A DNA stretch of 64,000 nucleotides, taken from contig CAVVYR010000008.1 in the NCBI GenBank assembly GCA_963752475.1, forward strand, positions 32,001 to 96,000, written 5' to 3'. The notes under the pieces were generated by a model. The model was not told the origin of the DNA, made no database searches, and was given only the letters and a program-made list of their open reading frames with translations. Positions 40,712-50,322 of the stretch are shown here, one piece after another. This DNA comes from an uncultured Chloroflexia bacterium (GTDB lineage Bacteria; Chloroflexota; Limnocylindria; Limnocylindrales; CSP1-4). Made by a program: the position numbers and the translations under genes. Each line of letters starts with the position of its first letter. Position 1 is the stretch's first letter.

Positions 40712-42340
40712 GTGCGAACCGCCGAAGCACTGCTGGGTGCGCTGCGTGAAGCCGGCGCACGAGAGATCTTCGGCATCCCCGGCGACTTCGCGCTGCCCCT
40801 CTTCGAGGTCATCGAGCGCACCCGCACGCTGCCGCTGTATACGCTGAGCCATGAGCCGGCGGTGGGCTTCGCGGCCGACGCGGCAGCCCGCTTCCACGGT
40901 GGGATCGGGGTCGCCGCCATCACCTATGGCGCCGGCGCCTTCAACCTGGTCAACCCGGTCGCCGGCGCCTATGCCGAACGCTCACCGGTCGTCGTGCTCT
41001 CCGGCGCTCCCTCCCTGGCCGAGCGGTCCCGTGGGCTCCTGGTCCACCACCAAGCCCGCACCATCGAGTCGCAGCTCAACGTCTATCGCGAGATCACCTG
41101 CGACCAGGCCGTGCTCGACGACCCCTCGACCGCGGCCGAATCGATCGCCCGTGTCCTGCGCGCCGCGCGCGAGCACTCGCAGCCGGTCTACATCGAGATC
41201 CCGCGCGACATGGTCGCGGCGGAGATCGGCGAGGTGCCGGTGCTGCCGCCTTCCCCTGTCGATCCCGATGCGGTCCGTGCCGCGGCCACCGAGGTCCTCG
41301 ACCGGCTCGCCGCCGCCAACTCCCCGGTCTTGCTCGTCGACGCCGAGATCCGCCGCTTCGGAGTGGAGGCGGAGGTCGCCGAGCTGGCCGAGCTGCTGGG
41401 CATCCCTGTGGTCACGACCTTCATGGGCCGCGGCCTCCTGGCCGACGCACCGAACCCACCCATCGGCACCTACATCGGTGTCGCCGGCCAGCCCGAGATC
41501 ACGCAGCTCGTCGAGGGATCCGATGCCCTCTTCATGCTCGGCGTCATCCTCAGCGACACGAACTTCAGCACGGCCTCGCGCCAGATCGACCTGCGGCACG
41601 CGATCATCGCGGCCGAGCGCCAGGTCCGCCTCGGCTTCCACATCTACCACGACGTGCCGCTGCGCCATCTCGTGGAGGCCATGACCGTGGCGGCCACGCC
41701 CGCCGGCGGACGCCCCTCGCTTCCCTCCCCGCCCGAGCCCCCGACCGGACTCATCGCCGACGAGTCGTCCATCGGTCCGACCGACATCGCGACCGCGGTC
41801 AACGACCTCATGCGTGACCATCGTGCGATGCCCATCTCGTCGGACATGGGCGACTGCCTCTTCACGGCCATGGACATCGAGCACACGGCGCTGGTGGCGC
41901 CGGGCTACTACGCGGGCATGGGCTTCGGCGTTCCCGGCGGTCTCGGCATCCAGGCCGCGACCGGCGAACGGCCGTTGATCCTCGTCGGCGATGGCGCATT
42001 CCAGATGACCGGCTGGGAGCTGGGCAACTGCCAACGCTACGGCTGGGATCCCATCGTCATCGTCTTCAACAACGCCTCGTGGGAGATGCTGCGGGCATTC
42101 GGGCCGCAGGCCGGCTACAACGACCTGCCCGACTGGCCCTTCCACGAGCTGGCCGACTCGCTCGGCGGCGTGGGCATACGTGTCCGGACCCGCCGTGAAC
42201 TGGCCGAGGCGCTCGAACGGGCGGTGGCCGACGAAGGCCGCTTCGTGCTCATCGACGTGGTCATGGAGCGCGGACGCATCTCGAGCACGCTCAGCCGCTA
42301 CGTCGAGGGCTTCGAGCGGCAGCGAGCACGAGGCGCCTGA
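40712..42340 (+). CDS. ipdC: Indolepyruvate/phenylpyruvate decarboxylase (ThDP), copy 1
   Basis: FGIPGDFALP, SHEPAVGFAADA, LVHHQ, GDGAFQMTG...NNASWEML. Confidence 0.9.
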   Translation: MRTAEALLGALREAGAREIFGIPGDFALPLFEVIERTRTLPLYTLSHEPAVGFAADAAARFHGGIGVAAITYGAGAFNLVNPVAGAYAERSPVVVLSGAPSLAERSRGLLVHHQARTIESQLNVYREITCDQAVLDDPSTAAESIARVLRAAREHSQPVYIEIPRDMVAAEIGEVPVLPPSPVDPDAVRAAATEVLDRLAAANSPVLLVDAEIRRFGVEAEVAELAELLGIPVVTTFMGRGLLADAPNPPIGTYIGVAGQPEITQLVEGSDALFMLGVILSDTNFSTASRQIDLRHAIIAAERQVRLGFHIYHDVPLRHLVEAMTVAATPAGGRPSLPSPPEPPTGLIADESSIGPTDIATAVNDLMRDHRAMPISSDMGDCLFTAMDIEHTALVAPGYYAGMGFGVPGGLGIQAATGERPLILVGDGAFQMTGWELGNCQRYGWDPIVIVFNNASWEMLRAFGPQAGYNDLPDWPFHELADSLGGVGIRVRTRRELAEALERAVADEGRFVLIDVVMERGRISSTLSRYVEGFERQRARGA

Positions 42341-42349
42341 GCCGGTCCG
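42293..42349 (+). repeat. 57-bp direct repeat, left copy (3' end of ipdC)
   Basis: AGCCGCTACGTCGAGGGC...GCGCCTGAGCCGGTCCG, identical to 52216-52272. Confidence 0.95.
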
Positions 42350-42355
42350 GCCTCG

Positions 42356-42892
42356 CTAACCGAGCGGCTCTGGGTAGACGCGGTTCGGCGTGTTGCGCCT
42401 GGTCGGCGCGGCCACGAGCTCGACCAGGCAACCGACATCGTCACCGTGCTCGTAGTAGGCGAAACGCCCGTCTCGTGAGAGGCCGAACCCATCGCCGGTC
42501 TGGACAGCGACCCAACCCTGGTCCTCGATCTCGGCGGCGGCGGCGGCGAAGTCGTCGACGTAGAAGTTGAAGTGATGGAGTGAGGCTCCTTGAGCGTCAA
42601 GGTACTCGTGCCAGATGCTCGGACCCTCGAGCGGCTGGATGATCTCCATGGTCAGATCACCCGACAGTGCCAGGCCATAGCGGATCTTGAAGTGCGCCGG
42701 CTGCCCGCGATAGGTCACACCCGTCAAGCCCTCACCGACCGTGTAGATCTTCCAGGGCCCGATGCCGAGTAGCTCCCAGTAGGCCCGGACCGAGGCATCC
42801 ACGTCCGGGACGACCAGGGCGATCTGGCCGACCGGCACACCGAATCGCGATCCACCGGCGAGTGGAGCTGGCACGTTTCCGACTCGTGGCAT
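42356..42892 (-). CDS. VOC family protein (methylmalonyl-CoA epimerase-like)
   Basis: QIALVV.D, LGIGPW, EIIQPLEGPSI..EYL...G..LHH, VEL. Confidence 0.88.
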   Translation of the reverse strand: MPRVGNVPAPLAGGSRFGVPVGQIALVVPDVDASVRAYWELLGIGPWKIYTVGEGLTGVTYRGQPAHFKIRYGLALSGDLTMEIIQPLEGPSIWHEYLDAQGASLHHFNFYVDDFAAAAAEIEDQGWVAVQTGDGFGLSRDGRFAYYEHGDDVGCLVELVAAPTRRNTPNRVYPEPLG

Positions 42893-42976
42893 GGGGCCCT
42901 CCTCGGCTCCTCACTCGAACGCAGCGGCCCGCGCCCTTGACATGGAAGTGCGCCGCGGCCCACAATCCACACTGAT

Positions 42977-42991
42977 TGTAACGCTGTTACA
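42977..42991. promoter_or_regulatory. Operator palindrome (KdgR/IclR-like architecture)
   Basis: TGTAAC-GCT-GTTACA between divergent VOC and SDR genes; second copy at 49336. Confidence 0.65.
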
Positions 42992-43025
42992 GACAGCTGC
43001 AGAGGTTCAGCACGGGGTGGCCGCG

Positions 43026-43781
43026 ATGTTCCAGGACTTGTTCTCCCTCGAGGGGAAGGTAGCACTGATCACCGGCGGCTCGGGGGCGATCGGACAGGGC
43101 GCAGCACAGGTCTTCCTCGAGCTCGGCGCCAAGGTCATCCTCGCCGGTCGGACCGAGGAGCACCTACGGGCTGCACGCGAAGCCCTGCCAGGCGACGCTG
43201 AGGTCGACACCGTCCTGGGCGATGCCTGTGACCCGACACACGTCGCCGAACTCGTCGAGGCTACCCGGGCGCATGGCGGTGTCGACATCCTCGTGAACAG
43301 CGTCGGCACCAACCGACGCAAGCCGATCCTGGAGGCAACGACCGAGGATCTCGAGTTCCTGTGGCAGGTCAACATGGCCAGCGTCTGGGCGGTGACGCAG
43401 GCGCTGGTGCCGCAGATGGTGGAGAAGGGCTACGGCAAGATCATCAACATGTGCTCGATCGGTTCATTCGTGGGGCTCGAGTTCAAGACCATGTACGCCA
43501 TCACCAAGGGCGCGCTGGCCCAACACACTCGCAGTGCCGCGGTCGAGCTGGCTCCGTACGGCATCAGGGTCAACGGGCTGGCTCCGGGCTACGTGGATAC
43601 GCCGATGACCCACGCCTGGATCCACTCCGAGCGTGAGGCCGAGTACCTGTCGAAGATCCCGCTCGGCAAGTACGCCGAAGTGTCCGACCTGCAGGGCGCG
43701 TTCGCGTTGCTGGCCTCGCCTGCCTCCGACCACATCACCGGCCAGATCGTCGTCATCGACGGCGGTGAGACGATCTGGTAG
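43026..43781 (+). CDS. SDR oxidoreductase (KduD/gluconate 5-dehydrogenase-like)
   Basis: TGGSGAIG, YAITK, NGLAPGY, DGG. Confidence 0.9.
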   Translation: MFQDLFSLEGKVALITGGSGAIGQGAAQVFLELGAKVILAGRTEEHLRAAREALPGDAEVDTVLGDACDPTHVAELVEATRAHGGVDILVNSVGTNRRKPILEATTEDLEFLWQVNMASVWAVTQALVPQMVEKGYGKIINMCSIGSFVGLEFKTMYAITKGALAQHTRSAAVELAPYGIRVNGLAPGYVDTPMTHAWIHSEREAEYLSKIPLGKYAEVSDLQGAFALLASPASDHITGQIVVIDGGETIW

Positions 43782-43809
43782 CCAGGCGCGGCAAGACCGG
43801 AGGAACAAG

Positions 43810-44469
43810 ATGCCTCTCAGGCGAGAAGCCACACTCGGGACGATGCTGGAGAGCGGCGTCGTGGCCGTCGTTCGGGTAGACGAGCCCAGTGGGCTCATCC
43901 CACTTGCCGGTGCGCTGCTGGAGGGCGGGGTCGCCCACACCGAGATCACGATGACCGTGCCGGGCGCGCTTCACGCCATCGAAGCGACGGTCCGCGAGTT
44001 CGGGGATGACGTCTTCGTGGGCGCCGGCACCGCGCTCGATGCCGTGACGGCTCGGTTGGCTATCAGCGCTGGTGCTTCCTTCATCGTAGCCCCCAGCTTC
44101 GATGCCGATGTGGTAGCCATGAGCCACCGCTATGGAGCGGTCGCGATCCCCGGCTGCCTGAGCCCGACTGAGATCATCACCGCCTGGTCGGCCGGCGCCG
44201 ACGTGATCAAGCTCTTCCCTGGACGCGTGGCCACGCCCGGCTACTTCAAGGACATCCTGGGTCCGTATCCCCAGGTGCGGCTGATGCCTACGGGCAACGT
44301 CAACCTCGAAACCACACCTGAGTACATCAAGGCCGGCGCGGTCGGCGTGGGTGTAGGCAAGGCGCTCGTCGATCCGGTCGCGTTCCGAGAGGGCCGCTGG
44401 GCGGACATCACCGACAACGCCCGCCGCTTGCGCACACTGGTCCAAGAAGCGAGGGAGTCGTTGGCGTGA
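43810..44469 (+). CDS. eda: KDPG/KHG aldolase
   Basis: EITMTVPGA, GAGT, PG.LSPTEI, IKLFP, MPTG.V. Confidence 0.9.
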   Translation: MPLRREATLGTMLESGVVAVVRVDEPSGLIPLAGALLEGGVAHTEITMTVPGALHAIEATVREFGDDVFVGAGTALDAVTARLAISAGASFIVAPSFDADVVAMSHRYGAVAIPGCLSPTEIITAWSAGADVIKLFPGRVATPGYFKDILGPYPQVRLMPTGNVNLETTPEYIKAGAVGVGVGKALVDPVAFREGRWADITDNARRLRTLVQEARESLA

Positions 44470-45503
44470 GTGGGAGCCGCTTCAGGATGGTGGCCTTCGG
44501 AGAGCTGCTCATGCGGCTGGAGCCTCCGGGCCACCAGCGCATCGTCCAGGCGGGCTCCTTCGATGTCGGCTACACCGGCGGAGAAGCCAACGCGGCGGCG
44601 TTGCTGGCCGGGCTGGGCGTCGAGACAGCAGCCGTCTCCCGCGTGCCCGCCAACGAGGTCGGACAAGCCTGCATCAACCACTTGCGTCGCTATGGCATCG
44701 ACACGACCCATATCGCGCGCGGCGGCGAGCGGCTGGGTCTCTTCTATCTGGAGACCGGGGCGTCCCAACGCGCCTCGAAGGTCATCTACGATCGTGAGCA
44801 CACATCGCTGCGCAGTGCGTCGGCTGCTGACTTCGACTGGCCAGCCATCCTCGATGGCGCCGACTGGTTGCACTTCTCGGGCACCGCACCGGCGTCGGGG
44901 CCGGTAGTCATCGGTGTCCTCGAAGAGGGGCTCAGGTTGGCCCAGGAGCAGGGAGTCAAGGTCAGTTGCGATCTCAACTACCGTCGCAAACTGTGGACGC
45001 CCGAAGAGGCGCGAGCGGCGATGACTCGCCTGATGCCCTTCGTCGACATACTGATCGGCAACGAGGAGGACGCCATCACCGTCTTCGGTATCACTGCCGA
45101 GCACATCGATGTCGTCCAGGGGGAACTCGATACCGGGTCGTACCGACGTATCGCAGGTGAGCTCATGGAGCGCTATCAGCTGCAGGCAGTGGCGACCACG
45201 CTGCGCACGAGCATCTCGGCGTCCGTCAATCGCTGGGCCGGGCTGCTCTTCGACGGGACCGAGCAGTACCTCAGCCGCACCTACGACATCGATCCCATCG
45301 TTGACCGCGTCGGCGGTGGCGATTCGTTCGCGGGTGGACTCATCTACAGCCTGCTCCATGAGGTGGGGCCACAGGCGTCGGTCGAATTCGCTGTCGCAGC
45401 CTCCTGCCTCAAGCATGCCGTCCCCGGAGACTTCGCCTCCCTGTCGCTGCAGGAGATCGAGGCACTTGCGGGCGGCGATGCCTCGGGCCGAGTCCAACGA
45501 TGA
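44466..45503 (+). CDS. kdgK: 2-keto-3-deoxygluconate kinase (PfkB family)
   Basis: FGELLMRL, GGEAN, YDR, DLNYRRKLW, DRVGGGDSFAGG, SGRVQR. Confidence 0.9.
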   Translation: MSGSRFRMVAFGELLMRLEPPGHQRIVQAGSFDVGYTGGEANAAALLAGLGVETAAVSRVPANEVGQACINHLRRYGIDTTHIARGGERLGLFYLETGASQRASKVIYDREHTSLRSASAADFDWPAILDGADWLHFSGTAPASGPVVIGVLEEGLRLAQEQGVKVSCDLNYRRKLWTPEEARAAMTRLMPFVDILIGNEEDAITVFGITAEHIDVVQGELDTGSYRRIAGELMERYQLQAVATTLRTSISASVNRWAGLLFDGTEQYLSRTYDIDPIVDRVGGGDSFAGGLIYSLLHEVGPQASVEFAVAASCLKHAVPGDFASLSLQEIEALAGGDASGRVQR

Positions 45504-45569
45504 TCTCGGCACGACGTTCGACGCCGATACGACGACGAGACATCGATGTGCGAGAGCTCAGGAGTTGAC

Positions 45570-47276
45570 ATGGCGACGCTACTCGGTCACACGCTTGGAA
45601 CACCCGGGCTGACGCCGCTCGAAGCCCTCGACCTGTTCGCGAAGTCTGGGCTCGACGGTGCCGAGATCATCTGGCTGGACGACTACCGCGGTGCCATCCC
45701 GGAAAGCGACGATGGCCGTGTGGTCGCGGAGGTCAGGGCGCACGCCGACGAGCTGGGCCTGTGCATCGGCGGTCTGACCCCCTATGTGACCGAGCTCAGC
45801 AGCCTTGACGACGATCTCCATGCGCGTGAGATCGCACGGCTGGAGCGGGCGATCGAGGTGGCTCGTGCGCTCGACTGCACACGCATCCGGGTCTACGCCG
45901 GCAAGCTCCTCGGCAACGAGCCCGAGGCTGACATCCCACGCTTGCGGGAGCGCCTGGTCGCTGCCCTCCGCCACCTCGGGCCCTTGGCCAATGACCAGGG
46001 CGTGGTGCTCTGCATCGAGAACCACTTCGGAACCATGACCGTCTCGGCGGCCGATACCGTCTCGATCATCGAGGAGGTCGACACCGTTGGCATCGGCATC
46101 CTCTACGACCAAGCCAATCTGACCTTCACCCGCCGTGAAGACTACGAAGAGGCCGTGGCCTTGCAGGCGCACTGGATCAGCCATGTGCACGTCAAGGATC
46201 TGGAGTGGATCCACCCTGACCGCGAACTCAGGACCGCCAATGTCGCCAGCATCGACAAGTCCGAGCGTGTCCACGCATCACGGATGATCGGCGACGGCGT
46301 CCTGAACTGGAAGGCGATCGTCGCGGCTATCCGCGCGACCGGCTACGACGGCAGCTACTCCCTCGAGTACGAGTACCGCTGGAACCCCGAGGACTTGCCG
46401 GTGCCTGAGGTCGGCTTCCCCGAGAGCGCGCGTCGACTGCGCGACTGCTTCGAATTCGTGAACGGCTCGGGCAGGATCGGTACGAATACCATCGGTCGCA
46501 CGATGCGTATGCTCGAACTCCTCGCGGGTGAGCCACGAGGACTGCGCATCACGGATCTGGCCAACGAGATGGGCCTCAACCGAGCCATCCCCCATCGCGT
46601 ACTGGCCGATCTCATCGGGCTCGGCTATGTCGCCCAGGACCCCCGCACCGAGCGCTACCGCGTGACCTACAAGCTGGGCAGCTTGGGTTTGCGCCAACTG
46701 GAGACCGCCGGCACCATGCGCTGGGCGCAGGACGAGCTCAACAAGCTGGCGGCAAGCACCCGAGAACTCGTGCGCCTGGCTGTCGCGGAGGGGGCCACCC
46801 TGACCTGGGTAGCCAAGGCCCAGGGCTCTGACTCGGCTCTGACCTACGACGGTGTCTCCGGCACGGAGGTCGTGCTGCACGCGACGGCCAGTGGAAAGGC
46901 CTTCCTCGCCACCCTGCCCGTGGCCGAGGCGGAGCGCACCATCGCCGAGCACGGGCTCGATCCCCAGACGAACCGCACCGAGACCGACCTCGAGGGGGTG
47001 CTGCAGGAGCTCGGCCTCACGCGCGAGCGCGGGTATGCCCTCGTAGAGGAGGAGATGGAGGTCGGCGTCTCGGCCATCGCGGCCCCCATCGTGCCGCCGC
47101 AGTCCGTGGATGGCCGGGCCGTCGCTACGGTAAGCATCGCGGGGCCTTCAGCTCGCCTCGACCACGAGCGCATGACGCGATACGCCGACGACCTCGTGGA
47201 GGTCGCCAACGAGCTGGCCGCCCAGTGGCATACCTACGAGTACATGACCGTGCTGGCCGCAGCAGGCGTGGACTGA
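45570..47276 (+). CDS. Sugar-phosphate isomerase/epimerase TIM barrel in frame with an IclR family regulator
   Basis: IENH, YD..N, HVHVKD, SLEYE; then IclR HTH, LHATASGKA, RERGYA...EE...GVSAIAAP, SIAGP. Confidence 0.82.
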   Translation: MATLLGHTLGTPGLTPLEALDLFAKSGLDGAEIIWLDDYRGAIPESDDGRVVAEVRAHADELGLCIGGLTPYVTELSSLDDDLHAREIARLERAIEVARALDCTRIRVYAGKLLGNEPEADIPRLRERLVAALRHLGPLANDQGVVLCIENHFGTMTVSAADTVSIIEEVDTVGIGILYDQANLTFTRREDYEEAVALQAHWISHVHVKDLEWIHPDRELRTANVASIDKSERVHASRMIGDGVLNWKAIVAAIRATGYDGSYSLEYEYRWNPEDLPVPEVGFPESARRLRDCFEFVNGSGRIGTNTIGRTMRMLELLAGEPRGLRITDLANEMGLNRAIPHRVLADLIGLGYVAQDPRTERYRVTYKLGSLGLRQLETAGTMRWAQDELNKLAASTRELVRLAVAEGATLTWVAKAQGSDSALTYDGVSGTEVVLHATASGKAFLATLPVAEAERTIAEHGLDPQTNRTETDLEGVLQELGLTRERGYALVEEEMEVGVSAIAAPIVPPQSVDGRAVATVSIAGPSARLDHERMTRYADDLVEVANELAAQWHTYEYMTVLAAAGVD

Positions 47277-47282
47277 GGGGTC

Positions 47283-48845
47283 ATGATCACTTCGAAGGTG
47301 GTCAGCGCGGCCGGGGCCGTGTCGCTGATCGAGGACGGACAGACGGTCGCCGCAGGCGGCAGCGGTCACCTACTGCAAGTCCCTGACGGCACCCTTGCCG
47401 CGCTGGGCGCCCGCTTCGAAGAGACTGGCGAACCGAGCGGCCTGACGGTCGTGCACACGATGGGCATCGGAGATAACGGCGAGCGGGGCCTGGGCCGCCT
47501 GGCGCGAAAGGGTCTGGTGCGCCGCTTCATCGGTTCACACTACGGGCACAACCCCGAGATCATGCGCATGATCGCCGACGACGAAGTCGAGGCCCTGGGC
47601 ATCCCGGGCGGGACCCTCTCGCTGCTCTATCGCGAGATCGCCGGGCACCGACCGGGTTTGCTGACCAAGGTCGGCATGGGCACGTTCGTCGATCCTCGCG
47701 TGGATGGCGGGCGTCTGAACGAGCGCACCACCGGCAACGTGGCCGAGGTCGTGGAGTTCGCGGGCGAAGAGTGGCTGTTCTACAAGGCCTTCCCCATCGA
47801 CGTGGGCATCATCCGCGCGACCACTGCCGACAACGACGGCAACGTGACCATGGAGGACGAGGCCGGCTTCGCCGACAACCTCGCATTGGCCTCGGCCGTG
47901 CACGTTTCGGGTGGCACGGTCATCGCCGAGGTCAAGCGCCTGGCGCAGGCCGGGACGCTGCCGGCCAAAGAGGTCGTGGTCCCGGGCATCCTCGTCGACG
48001 CCATCGTGGTCGACCCCGACCAGCACCAGACCGGCGCCACCGTCTATAGCCCCTATCTCGCGGGCACGCTGCGGGCCCCGGGCGCATCGATCCCGCGCTT
48101 GCCGACGGGGCCTCGCAAGGTCATCGCCCGACGCGCAGCCGACGAGCTGCACCCGGGAGACATCGTCAACCTGGGCTTCGGCGTCTCCAACGGCGTGGCC
48201 TCGGTGCTGGCCGAGGAAGGGCACTACGAGGACGTCGACTTCAGCATCGAGCAGGGCATCGTCGGCGGCATCCCCGGCGTCGGGCTCGACTCGGGCACGG
48301 CCATCAACGCCGGGGCCTACATCGACGAAGGCGCCCAGTTCGACCTCTACGATGGCGGCGCGCTGGACGTGGCCTGCGTGGCCTTCGGTGAAGTGGACGC
48401 CGTGGGCAACGTCAACGTGAGCAAGCTGGGCGGTCGCGCGGTGGGCCCCGGCGGCTTCATCAACATCACCCAGAACGCCCGCCGCGTCGTCTTCTGCGGC
48501 ACGCTGACCGGCGGCGGGCTGGACATCGGCGTCAGCGAGGCCGGCCTGGAGCTGCGGACCGAGGGCCGCTACCGCAAGTTCGTGGGGCGCACGGCGCACA
48601 TCACCTTCTCGGCCGCGCACGGCGACCCGCGACGCGAGGTCCTCTATGTCACCGAACGCGCCGTCTTCCGGCTGGCGAACGGCGGCCTGGAGCTGATCGA
48701 GGTCGCGCCGGGCATCGACCTCGAGCGGGACGTGCTGGGACAGATGGACTTCGCGCCGGCAGTGGCCGACCAGCTACGGACCATGGATGCACGCCTCTTC
48801 CGCGATGGGTTCATGGGCAACGTCAGACACCTGGTGGAGGACTAG
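47283..48845 (+). CDS. Acyl-CoA:acetate/3-ketoacid CoA transferase (YdiF-like)
   Basis: PGLLTKVG.GTFVDPR, VNLGFG, EQG, GNVNVS, GGFINI, YVTERAVF. Confidence 0.92.
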   Translation: MITSKVVSAAGAVSLIEDGQTVAAGGSGHLLQVPDGTLAALGARFEETGEPSGLTVVHTMGIGDNGERGLGRLARKGLVRRFIGSHYGHNPEIMRMIADDEVEALGIPGGTLSLLYREIAGHRPGLLTKVGMGTFVDPRVDGGRLNERTTGNVAEVVEFAGEEWLFYKAFPIDVGIIRATTADNDGNVTMEDEAGFADNLALASAVHVSGGTVIAEVKRLAQAGTLPAKEVVVPGILVDAIVVDPDQHQTGATVYSPYLAGTLRAPGASIPRLPTGPRKVIARRAADELHPGDIVNLGFGVSNGVASVLAEEGHYEDVDFSIEQGIVGGIPGVGLDSGTAINAGAYIDEGAQFDLYDGGALDVACVAFGEVDAVGNVNVSKLGGRAVGPGGFINITQNARRVVFCGTLTGGGLDIGVSEAGLELRTEGRYRKFVGRTAHITFSAAHGDPRREVLYVTERAVFRLANGGLELIEVAPGIDLERDVLGQMDFAPAVADQLRTMDARLFRDGFMGNVRHLVED

Positions 48846-48847
48846 AC

Positions 48848-49339
48848 ATGGAAGGTGGCCTCCTGCGCTACGAGGACCTGCACGTCGGGCTCGAGTTCGA
48901 CAGCCCCACCCGCACCATCACCGAGAGCGACGTCATGACCTTCGCGGGCTTGACCGGCGACTACTCGGAGCTCCACACGAGTGCGGCCTTCGCCGAGCAG
49001 ACGCAGTACGGGCGGCGAGTGGCCCATGGCCTGCTGGGCCTGTCAGTGGCGCACGGGCTGATGTGGCCCCGGACCAACGCCATGCGCGACATCGCCATCG
49101 CCCTGCTGGGCATCTCCGACTGGCGCTTCCGGGGCCCCGTCTTCCTGGGCGACACCGTCCGCGTGCGCTACCGCGTGGCCGAGATGCGCGACAGCCGCTC
49201 CAACCCCGAGCAGGCCATCGTGACCTTCGAGGTGGAGGTCTTCAATCAGTCCGGCGAGCTGGTGCAGGGCGGCCGCAAGGTACTGCTCGTTTCCAAGACA
49301 CCGCTGCCCGCCACCAAAGACGATCAGGACCTAACGTAA
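48848..49339 (+). CDS. MaoC family dehydratase
   Basis: RTITESD...FAGLTGD...LH...A......R.AHG, F..PV..GDT. Confidence 0.9.
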   Translation: MEGGLLRYEDLHVGLEFDSPTRTITESDVMTFAGLTGDYSELHTSAAFAEQTQYGRRVAHGLLGLSVAHGLMWPRTNAMRDIAIALLGISDWRFRGPVFLGDTVRVRYRVAEMRDSRSNPEQAIVTFEVEVFNQSGELVQGGRKVLLVSKTPLPATKDDQDLT

Positions 49340-49349
49340 CAGTGTTACA
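49336..49349. promoter_or_regulatory. Second copy of the island operator, upstream of the ABC genes
   Basis: GTAAC-AGT-GTTACA. Confidence 0.6.
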
Positions 49350-49388
49350 CTGCGCCAACCAGACGCGACCTGGGGAGACTACAGCCTG

Positions 49389-50234
49389 ATGTCCGACGCC
49401 TCGCGCAACAGCGCCAGCACGTCTGTCGGGCGGTCCACCGAGGAGTGGGATCGCGAACGGCGGAAGCGCAAGGTCCGTCGTGTCTGGTACTCGCTACTAC
49501 CCGTCCTGACCTTCAGCCTGATCCTGCTGGGCTGGTGGGCCTTCGTCGTCATCGCCGATGTGCCCGAGTACATCGTGCCCTCGCCGCTGGACGTGTTCCC
49601 GCGGCTCATCGAGGACCTCGACCGCTTGGTCGAGGAGTCCATGGTCACGATGCAGGAGATCTTCCTGGGCTACTTCCTGGCTGTGGTGCTGGCCATCCCG
49701 CTGGGCCTGTTGCTGGCGATGAACGAGATGGCCAAGCGCGCGCTCTATCCGGCCGTCGTCTTCATCCAGCTCATCCCCAAGATCGCGGTGGCGCCGCTGT
49801 TCCTCGTCTGGTTCGGCTTCGGCATGCAGTCCAAGGTCCTGCTGGTCTTCCTGCTGACCTACTTCCCGCTGCTGCTCGCGAGCATGGCCGGCTTCTCCAT
49901 CCTCGACGACCGGCTGCTCCACCTCACCCGTTCCATGGGTGCCTCGCAGCTGCAGACGTTCCGCTACCTGCGTTTGCCCAGTGCCCTGCCCATCATCTTC
50001 AGCGGCCTCAAGACCTCGGCCACCATCGCCGCCACGGCCGCCATCGTGGCCGAGTTCGTGGGTGCCAACAAGGGTCTGGGCTACCTGCTCCTGGAAGCCA
50101 CATCCACGCTCGATACCGAACTCATCTTCGCCATCATCCTCGTGCTCACGCTCATCGGCATCGGTCTCAACTACCTTGTCGAGTTCGTCGAGTACTTCAC
50201 CACGCCCTGGACGCGTAAGGCCAAGGAACAATGA
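49389..50234 (+). CDS. NitT/TauT family ABC permease
   Basis: PSP, P.IAVAPL...WFG.G, RSMGAS, LP.ALP.IFSGLK, AEF.GA..GLG. Confidence 0.93.
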   Translation: MSDASRNSASTSVGRSTEEWDRERRKRKVRRVWYSLLPVLTFSLILLGWWAFVVIADVPEYIVPSPLDVFPRLIEDLDRLVEESMVTMQEIFLGYFLAVVLAIPLGLLLAMNEMAKRALYPAVVFIQLIPKIAVAPLFLVWFGFGMQSKVLLVFLLTYFPLLLASMAGFSILDDRLLHLTRSMGASQLQTFRYLRLPSALPIIFSGLKTSATIAATAAIVAEFVGANKGLGYLLLEATSTLDTELIFAIILVLTLIGIGLNYLVEFVEYFTTPWTRKAKEQ

Positions 50235-50322
50235 CCAACCGAATCGAGTAGGAAGTGTCGGAGCACCCGGAGTCCTCGTCCAGGGGGGTCTCGACGGTGC
50301 TCCGCAAGACAAGGAGGAGTCC

